DNA of 64,000 bases. It comes from a virus (lineage: Duplodnaviria > Heunggongvirae > Uroviricota > Caudoviricetes). The notes below the pieces were generated by a model. It was given only the letters and a program-made list of their open reading frames with translations, ran no database searches and had not been told where the DNA came from. Made by a program: the position numbers and the translations under genes. Positions 57,471 to 64,000 of this stretch are shown here, piece after piece. Each line of letters starts with the position of its first letter. The stretch's first letter is position 1. The stretch lies in IMG/VR virus record IMGVR_UViG_3300031555_007715. One strand, given 5' to 3'.

Positions 57471-58433
57471 ATGAAAGAAAATTTTAGTTTTATTAATAAT
57501 TCTATTTTGGGTGCAATTATAGGAGACTGTTTAGGGGTTCCCGTTGAATTTTTTTCAAGAAATGAATTAAAGAAAAAACCTGTGATAAATATGAGGGGAA
57601 ATGGAACTCATAATCGACCAAAAGGCACTTGGTCTGATGATACTGCATTTATATTAGCAACACTAGATGGGCTAACCATTCCTTTTGACCTAAAGATAAT
57701 TGCTGAAAATTTCGTTAATTGTTATTATCACGATGAATATTGGCAAAAAAGTTTGTTTGACATTGGTCAGGGTACTAGAATAGGAATTGAAAATATATAT
57801 GAACATTTAGCGTCCAATAATTTTGATGAAGAAGAAGAGTATGGTGATATTAGAGATGGAAATGGTTCATTAATGAGGATGTTACCTATTGTTTTGTACA
57901 TTTATATTCTTAAAGACTCTGATTTTTTAGATTTTGAATCAAGAAAGAATTTTGTTTATAAAATATCGGCACTGACTCATAAAAATAAAAAATCAAAATT
58001 AGCATGCCATATGTACGTTGAATATTGTCTATTTTTATTAAATGGGTATAATAAGCATGATGCTTATTATATGTTATGTGATTTATTTAATGAGTATGCA
58101 GGTGATGAAGAATTTAAAATATTGTTAAATAAAAGATTACATAAAGTTAAAATGAAAAAGATTAGTTCGTCTGGGTATGTGATTGATTCTTTGATTGCAT
58201 CTTTATGGTGTTTTTTAACTGAAACTAGTTATATAACAACAGTATTAAAAGCAGTTAATTTAGGTGGTGATACGGATACAATTGCATGTATTTCAGGAGG
58301 AATTGCTGGTTTGTATTATGAAATTGAAAAACAGATTAGCGGTCTTATTTCCGATATATATAATATAGAAAAAGCAAAATGTATTATTGATAAATTCAAA
58401 GAAAAAATATTATCTAAAAACATAATTAATTGA
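57471..58433 (+). CDS. ADP-ribosylglycohydrolase (DraG/ARH family)
   Basis: GDCLGVP.E, WSDDT, GNGSLMR, AVNLGGDTDT. Confidence 0.92.
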   Translation: MKENFSFINNSILGAIIGDCLGVPVEFFSRNELKKKPVINMRGNGTHNRPKGTWSDDTAFILATLDGLTIPFDLKIIAENFVNCYYHDEYWQKSLFDIGQGTRIGIENIYEHLASNNFDEEEEYGDIRDGNGSLMRMLPIVLYIYILKDSDFLDFESRKNFVYKISALTHKNKKSKLACHMYVEYCLFLLNGYNKHDAYYMLCDLFNEYAGDEEFKILLNKRLHKVKMKKISSSGYVIDSLIASLWCFLTETSYITTVLKAVNLGGDTDTIACISGGIAGLYYEIEKQISGLISDIYNIEKAKCIIDKFKEKILSKNIIN

Positions 58434-58486
58434 CACAAATAATAATATGTGTTATAATTTTTTTATACTACAAAAGGAGGTATTAT

Positions 58487-58963
58487 ATGTTTACAATTGA
58501 TGAATTGAAGTATTTAAAAAGAATGCTGAGTTATGAATTTTGTGATGTTGAACAAGAAGATAATCAGCAAGGAACATCAATTCTTACTAAAATCGATAAC
58601 GTATTGAGTCAAGTTAATGATTTAAGTCTTGCGTTATGGGAATTTTGTTGGGATTATGGCCGCCAAGGAAAAGTAGAGGGTATTTTTAAGGCAACTAAAA
58701 GCGATGTTGAAAATTTAGTTGGAAAACATTTATCTTTTGGAGAAATACTCGGTAAGCATAGTGATGTTTATGGGGATGTTGAAGAGGGAAATATTACTCT
58801 TATAACAGATAATCCATTAGATGTTGCTAATGCAAAAGAAAGCGGATATAATCCATTAGATTATGTGTCATACACATGTTCTGAATGTGAGTGTACATAT
58901 CTAAAAGAAGACTTCAATGTTGAAAAAGGCGTTTGTAATTATTGTGATAAGGAGGAAGATTAG
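58487..58963 (+). CDS. Hypothetical protein with C-terminal Zn ribbon
   Basis: AAGGAGG RBS; CSEC...CNYC. Confidence 0.7.
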   Translation: MFTIDELKYLKRMLSYEFCDVEQEDNQQGTSILTKIDNVLSQVNDLSLALWEFCWDYGRQGKVEGIFKATKSDVENLVGKHLSFGEILGKHSDVYGDVEEGNITLITDNPLDVANAKESGYNPLDYVSYTCSECECTYLKEDFNVEKGVCNYCDKEED

Positions 58964-58964
58964 T

Positions 58965-59534
58965 ATGGGAACAAGAAATTTAACAATTGTAAGTAAAAAC
59001 GGTGAATACAAGGTAGCACAATATGGTCAATGGGATGGGTATCCGAGTGGGCTTGGTGTTGAAATCCTAAGGTTTATTAAAGGTATAAATCTTGATATTT
59101 TTAAGCAAAAGATTGAAGAAGTTTCTTTTTATACATCAGAGGAACTTGATGAGATAAACAAACTCATTGAAAAAAATGAAAAAGAGCTTCCTGGATATGA
59201 TTTTAGAGTTCAGTATGAACATTTATCTAGAGATTGTTCTCAAAGGGTTCTTCAACTTATTTTATTTGAAAATTTAAGAAAAGTACAAAACTCTATTGAT
59301 TTTGCCGCGGATAGTCTATTTTGTGAATGGGCTTACGTAATTGATTTGGATACCGATACACTTGAAGTTTATAAAGGATTCAATACGACGCATCTTGAAG
59401 AGGGAGATAGATTTTTCTTCTTAGATAAGAAAATTGACAAGTATCATCCTGTAAAATTGATTAAGTCATATGATATTAGCAATTTGCCTAATGAAGATAC
59501 TTTTATAAAGGAATGTGAAGGCGACGAAGAATAA
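58965..59534 (+). CDS. Phage/MGE-type hypothetical protein
   Basis: AAGGAGG RBS; MGTR..VAQYGQWDGYP and EWAYVIDLD motifs. Confidence 0.7.
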   Translation: MGTRNLTIVSKNGEYKVAQYGQWDGYPSGLGVEILRFIKGINLDIFKQKIEEVSFYTSEELDEINKLIEKNEKELPGYDFRVQYEHLSRDCSQRVLQLILFENLRKVQNSIDFAADSLFCEWAYVIDLDTDTLEVYKGFNTTHLEEGDRFFFLDKKIDKYHPVKLIKSYDISNLPNEDTFIKECEGDEE

Positions 59535-59615
59535 ATATTGTTAAGATTATTTAACTCCCACTGTATTATCGGTGGGAGTAATAAAATATTAAAATTAAAA
59601 GGAGATTTATAATTT

Positions 59616-60539
59616 ATGAGTTTAAAAAATACTTTAGTTAAGACGCTTATGAGAACGTTTATGAAAAAGAAAAGTGAAGACGAGATGTTAAAGCTTATCG
59701 AAACCTCTGGCGTTGTTGTTGAATATGATGAGAATGGGTTAAGAAAGACTAATTTTGAAATTCCTGATGAGCTGACGTTTTTACAGCGTTTTTATAAAGG
59801 TATAAGAATTGAAGAAATGTACTATTCAAGCAAACTTAAAAGACCGAACGAACAAAAAGTAGTTTTAATGTTTCATGGCGGGGGATATCTTGGAAAGATT
59901 AATGATATCTATACCGAGTGGATGTGTAGATTATGTAAGGCGTCAAAAGATTATCTTGTAATTTCTGTTGAATATACTACATCCCAAAAGGGTACGTTCC
60001 CAGCAGCATATAATGATGCATTGGCTTCATGGGAGTTTTTAATGAATGAAGGGTTCTTACCTGAAAATGTTGTAATTATGGGAGATTCTGCTGGCGGTGG
60101 ATTAGCTCTTGCATTAACAATGTATTTAAGAGATAATAATGTTAATGTTAAAGCATACATGGGATTAAGTCCTTGGGTAAATCTTAATTGTACATCTGAA
60201 TGTTTTACAAATCCACAAAAAAAGAAGATGGACCCGCTATTTGGTAGTAGTAATGTTCTTGATACTATGGCTAAAATGTATGTTGGTGATAATGATATCA
60301 ATGATTGGAGAATTTCTCCTTTATTCGGTTCGTTTGAAAATTTGCCTAAGATGTATATTACATACGGCGATTGTGAAATATTAAGAGATGACATTCAGGC
60401 ATTATATGATAAGGCATCAAAAGAGAATGATGTTACACTTAAAGTATATAAGGGATGTCAGCATGATATTCAAACAGGCGGAACAAAAGAAGCAAAAAAA
60501 TCATGGAATGATATAGAAGAGTTTTTCTCTAAGTTATAA
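59616..60539 (+). CDS. Alpha/beta hydrolase (HSL-family esterase)
   Basis: HGGGY, GDSAGG, SPWV, E.LRDD, H. Confidence 0.9.
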   Translation: MSLKNTLVKTLMRTFMKKKSEDEMLKLIETSGVVVEYDENGLRKTNFEIPDELTFLQRFYKGIRIEEMYYSSKLKRPNEQKVVLMFHGGGYLGKINDIYTEWMCRLCKASKDYLVISVEYTTSQKGTFPAAYNDALASWEFLMNEGFLPENVVIMGDSAGGGLALALTMYLRDNNVNVKAYMGLSPWVNLNCTSECFTNPQKKKMDPLFGSSNVLDTMAKMYVGDNDINDWRISPLFGSFENLPKMYITYGDCEILRDDIQALYDKASKENDVTLKVYKGCQHDIQTGGTKEAKKSWNDIEEFFSKL

Positions 60540-60581
60540 ATAAAAGAAGAGGGCAAATTGTTTGCCCTCTTTGTTTTGTTA

Positions 60582-61319
60582 TTAAAGAACTTCTAATGCG
60601 TTTTTAAATACAAATTTGTTTCTATTACACTCCCTATCGGTTCCCTTATTTACAACTATTTGTTCTTTTACGGTTGCAACACCGTAAATGTAATTAGGGT
60701 TTATATCATCAATATTAATACCTTTATCTAACAACATTTGCTTCATTTCAATAAGCTTTTTATTCTTCAATTCTTTATGAGAAAAATGACTTCTGGCAAC
60801 CATTTGAATAGCATTCTTTTCACAGTCTAAACATCTCCAAATAAATACTTCCATAGGGTCATCATCATAATTAAATACACGGCAATCAAAAATAGCTTTG
60901 AAATACTTTTTACGATAAAATTCGGGGGTGTCACTTTTTTCACCAATTTCAAAAAGGTATTCATTAAAAGCAACACTTGCGGTAGCAGCCATTTCTGAAA
61001 CAATTTTCTGAATACGACCAGAAAACATAATTTCACTTTCATCAGACATTTTCTTAAAATAAACAGTAATCTCATCTGATTGAGTATATCCCATTACTGT
61101 TCCTTGCACTTCATTACAGACCCTAAGCATTGTCTTTTTCATTACTTCTCTTAATACGTCATCAAAAGGTGTTTTAAATCCTTTTGTGAATTTACTGAAT
61201 CTTTTGCCATCAAGACGAATAAAGCAGTCTTTATTTACATCTATATAAGCTTCGGAACTCCGTTCACACATTTTTATCTTTTTTGCAAGTTCTCTCTCTG
61301 AGTAATTTTTAAATCTCAT
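60582..61319 (-). CDS. Thg1-like (tRNA-His guanylyltransferase family) 3'-5' polymerase
   Basis: RLDGKRFSKFT, YTQSDEI, FSGRIQK, FDCR, WR..DC..NA. Confidence 0.9.
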   Translation of the reverse strand: MRFKNYSERELAKKIKMCERSSEAYIDVNKDCFIRLDGKRFSKFTKGFKTPFDDVLREVMKKTMLRVCNEVQGTVMGYTQSDEITVYFKKMSDESEIMFSGRIQKIVSEMAATASVAFNEYLFEIGEKSDTPEFYRKKYFKAIFDCRVFNYDDDPMEVFIWRCLDCEKNAIQMVARSHFSHKELKNKKLIEMKQMLLDKGINIDDINPNYIYGVATVKEQIVVNKGTDRECNRNKFVFKNALEVL

Positions 61320-61450
61320 ATTATCATCTCCTTTGTTTATGTTAATGATATTATACCACATTTTATGTTATTTTTCAAGAGTTAATATTGACTATTTTAG
61401 AATATTGTGATACAATAATAACATAATAAACACAAGAAGGAGATGAATAT

Positions 61451-61675
61451 ATGGGAAACAAAGAAAAGATTAAAGCACTAATTGAATTATCTGGTACGGT
61501 GGATGATGTTGATGATGTTATTGAAAAATATACGCCATTTAGAACTACATCAGAAAAAATTGCATATTTATATGGAATGTTTGATGTAGAATTTCTTTGT
61601 GGGCTTTCTGATAATGCGGAGGAAGATTATGCTGTTTTAAGGGATGCTATTATAAATGCGAAGTGGAGGTCTTAA
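61451..61675 (+). CDS. Small hypothetical protein
   Basis: AAGGAG RBS. Confidence 0.6.
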   Translation: MGNKEKIKALIELSGTVDDVDDVIEKYTPFRTTSEKIAYLYGMFDVEFLCGLSDNAEEDYAVLRDAIINAKWRS

Positions 61676-61678
61676 AAT

Positions 61679-62212
61679 ATGAAAACAATTATTAGAAAAG
61701 AACAGGCTATTAAATGTTGCAAATGTGATAAATATTTGTTCACAGAATGTGAAATTAATGGTAGATATCATAGATATGAAGGTACTTATAATTACATTTA
61801 TGACGAATTGATTGATGATTTCTTTTGTGATGAATGTTTTGAAAAAAATTTTGGTGATGGAAAAACCTCTTGTTCTGAAAGCACAATAAATAAAGAAAAT
61901 ACTATGGATAATTATATATATTGGATAGATAAGAGCAATATTGCACATAAAGTAAAACACCATGATGATATTTCTGACTATGATTATCAATATAATGTTT
62001 GTGCAATCATCGATAAAAGTGTCTTGACAGGGTCATGGGGCGCGGGTGATAAACAATTTATTGTTAGCGGTAGCGGCAGAGGAGCGGAGGCTATTCAAGA
62101 ATTGGTTTTTGCAAACTCTCTTGTAGAATGTATTGATTGTGTCAAAGAAAAATATAAAGAGCGAATAGAAAATGAAACCCTTATAAATATCCAATATTAT
62201 GAGGTCGTGTAA
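61679..62212 (+). CDS. Hypothetical protein with N-terminal Zn ribbon
   Basis: CCKC...CDEC; GGAGG RBS. Confidence 0.65.
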   Translation: MKTIIRKEQAIKCCKCDKYLFTECEINGRYHRYEGTYNYIYDELIDDFFCDECFEKNFGDGKTSCSESTINKENTMDNYIYWIDKSNIAHKVKHHDDISDYDYQYNVCAIIDKSVLTGSWGAGDKQFIVSGSGRGAEAIQELVFANSLVECIDCVKEKYKERIENETLINIQYYEVV

Positions 62213-62243
62213 TTAGTACTGTTTTATTGAAAAAAGTTACTTG

Positions 62244-62305
62244 TGATATAATTATATTGTCAAGTAACTTTTTTTTAACACTATATTATTTATTTACGAA
62301 GGAGG
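62244..62305 (+). promoter_or_regulatory. Conserved promoter/operator plus extended SD, copy 3 (degenerate)
   Basis: TGATATAATTATATTGTCAAGTAA matches copies 1/2 at 21 of 24 positions; ACGAAGGAGG SD. Confidence 0.55.
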
Positions 62306-62313
62306 CGTTTTTT

Positions 62314-62949
62314 ATGAAAGAAGAGACGAAGAAGGTAGTAAAGGGTTGTTTTACATGGTTCTTCCTGTTGCTGACGGTGTTTGCATTTTTGCAGTATTCG
62401 AATGTTCTTGTTTTACCGAAGTTTTTGGTTAAGACAGAAATCGTAATCAATTATGCAATTAGTAGTTATGGCTTATTGCTTTCAGTATTAGGGGGCTGTG
62501 CTATCATTCTTGATTTTACTCACGAACAAAACAGATATGGATATTGCAGACCATGGTACGCTGGTAGTGCGGAATCCTTAAAGAAGGCTTCGTTTAAGAA
62601 GCCCAGTGATTTTATGAAAAGAATGGGTACTGCCAACCGATGTTTTACGGTTTTGGTTTTATTCTTTGGATTCCTGAATGGCAAAATTGATGCTATGTAT
62701 ATCTCATATTTAGTATCGTTTTGTTTCAGTTGGGTTATTAGGCTAATGTACATGATTATTTGTATTGTCTTTAAGGTTAATGCCATGGATAGTCTTTTAT
62801 CAGGAATTACCGATAGTAGGTACATGGATATTAAAAGGGAATATCTTGCAATTAAAGATTCCTTAATTATGGACGGTGCATTATCCACCAAGGAAGGAAA
62901 GAAGGAATTAAGAAAGATGGCGAGAGAATATTATAATCTCATTTGCTAA
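62314..62949 (+). CDS. Membrane protein
   Basis: About 4 TM segments; start 62314 after GAAGGAGG. Confidence 0.7.
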   Translation: MKEETKKVVKGCFTWFFLLLTVFAFLQYSNVLVLPKFLVKTEIVINYAISSYGLLLSVLGGCAIILDFTHEQNRYGYCRPWYAGSAESLKKASFKKPSDFMKRMGTANRCFTVLVLFFGFLNGKIDAMYISYLVSFCFSWVIRLMYMIICIVFKVNAMDSLLSGITDSRYMDIKREYLAIKDSLIMDGALSTKEGKKELRKMAREYYNLIC

Positions 62950-63005
62950 AAAAAATATCAAAGGAAAAGCCCTGTTGTTTTGAAACACAGGGCTTGTTTT
63001 TATTA

Positions 63006-63986
63006 TTATTTATTTGAAATATAAGATATTCCTTTCTCTGTTAATATTCTTCCTTTTGGGGTTTTTGCAATAAAGCCTATTTGTAACAGATATGGTTCGC
63101 AAACATCTTCTATTGTTCCAGCGTCTTCATTTATAAAACCCGCCAAAGTATCTAAGCCAACAGGTCCATTTTTAAATGTTTCATGTATAGCTTTCAATAA
63201 TTTGATATCTGTATAATCTAAACCTTTTTCATTTACACCCAATTCTTTTAATGCATGTTTTGTTATATTTATATCAATTCCTTTTAAATCATCAGCAATA
63301 ACAAAATCTCTTATTCTTTTTAACATTCTAATTGCAATTCTCGGTGTTCCTCTTGAACAGTTGCCTATTTCGAGTGCAGATTCATCATCTATTTTTACAT
63401 TCAATAATTTTGCGTCTCTTTTTATAATTTTTGCCAATTCTTCGGGAGTATATAATTCAAGTCTGAATATTTCACCAAATCTATCTCTTAATGGAGAAGA
63501 TAATAAACCAGCTCGTGTTGTTGCACCAATAAGAGTGAATTTAGGTAAGTTTAATCTTACACTTTTAGTTGAATTATTATTTCCTATTAAAATATCTATA
63601 CAATAATCTTCCATAGCGGGATACAATAATTCTTCAATAGCCTTATTCATACGGTGTATCTCGTCTATAAATAAAACATCGCCATCTTCCAATGATGTTA
63701 GAATACTTACTAAATCCCCTCCTTTTTCAAGAGCGGGGCCCGTTGTTATTTTTAATTTGCTATTCATTTCATTCGCAATAATTCCAGCAATTGTTGTTTT
63801 TCCTAGACCTGGTGGTCCATAAAAAAGCAAATGGTCTAATGAGGTATTTCTTTTTTTTGCTGATTTAATGAAAATTTCAATATTGTTCTTTATTTGTTCT
63901 TGCCCGATATAATCTTTAAATGTTTGTGGTCTGATATTAGGGTCTATATCCCTTTTTTCTTTATCCAAAATTTCATTTTTTTTCAT
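63006..63986 (-). CDS. ruvB: Holliday junction branch migration helicase RuvB
   Basis: [53 protein letters not shown]. Confidence 0.96.
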   Translation of the reverse strand: MKKNEILDKEKRDIDPNIRPQTFKDYIGQEQIKNNIEIFIKSAKKRNTSLDHLLFYGPPGLGKTTIAGIIANEMNSKLKITTGPALEKGGDLVSILTSLEDGDVLFIDEIHRMNKAIEELLYPAMEDYCIDILIGNNNSTKSVRLNLPKFTLIGATTRAGLLSSPLRDRFGEIFRLELYTPEELAKIIKRDAKLLNVKIDDESALEIGNCSRGTPRIAIRMLKRIRDFVIADDLKGIDINITKHALKELGVNEKGLDYTDIKLLKAIHETFKNGPVGLDTLAGFINEDAGTIEDVCEPYLLQIGFIAKTPKGRILTEKGISYISNK

Positions 63987-64000
63987 TTAAGTAATCTCCT

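Overview
AT-rich 64-kb segment of what looks like a large extrachromosomal or mobile replicon of a gut-type Firmicute, most likely a conjugative megaplasmid. A jumbo phage or giant ICE cannot be excluded, but no virion genes are visible. It carries many short hypothetical genes, sigmaA-type promoters and a 1.75-kb minus-strand array of 15 conventional tRNA genes (7657-9401). Translation and RNA-repair genes include HPF, a Thg1-like polymerase, an RNA ligase with an adjacent phosphoesterase, MYG1 and a Mesh1-like HD protein. NAD/ADP-ribose genes include Sir2, NADAR, ARH, PncA and an NrtR-like protein. DNA metabolism genes include SSB, a UDG-like protein, RuvB and an orphan C5 methyltransferase. 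There are also two PcfJ-domain proteins, GGDEF and EAL proteins, two TasA-like secreted proteins and two giant conjugation-like proteins (extended VirB6-like and cell-wall-hydrolase-like). The most striking signals are non-coding. (1) Inside the tRNA array is an apparently circularly permuted tRNA gene: the T-arm/3' half precedes the 5' half, the 7-bp acceptor is fully complementary, the anticodon is UAU, and flanking helices close the unit. (2) The array also holds a 148-nt tRNA-like RNA with two palindromic UCUAGA loops. (3) The U34 Glu and Gln tRNAs carry C33. (4) A ROOL-like RNA of about 580 nt lies at 50981-51563. (5) An unassigned ornate RNA of about 530 nt with its own promoter and terminator lies at 39800-40334. 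All protein and RNA family assignments are from motif recognition by eye, not from database searches.
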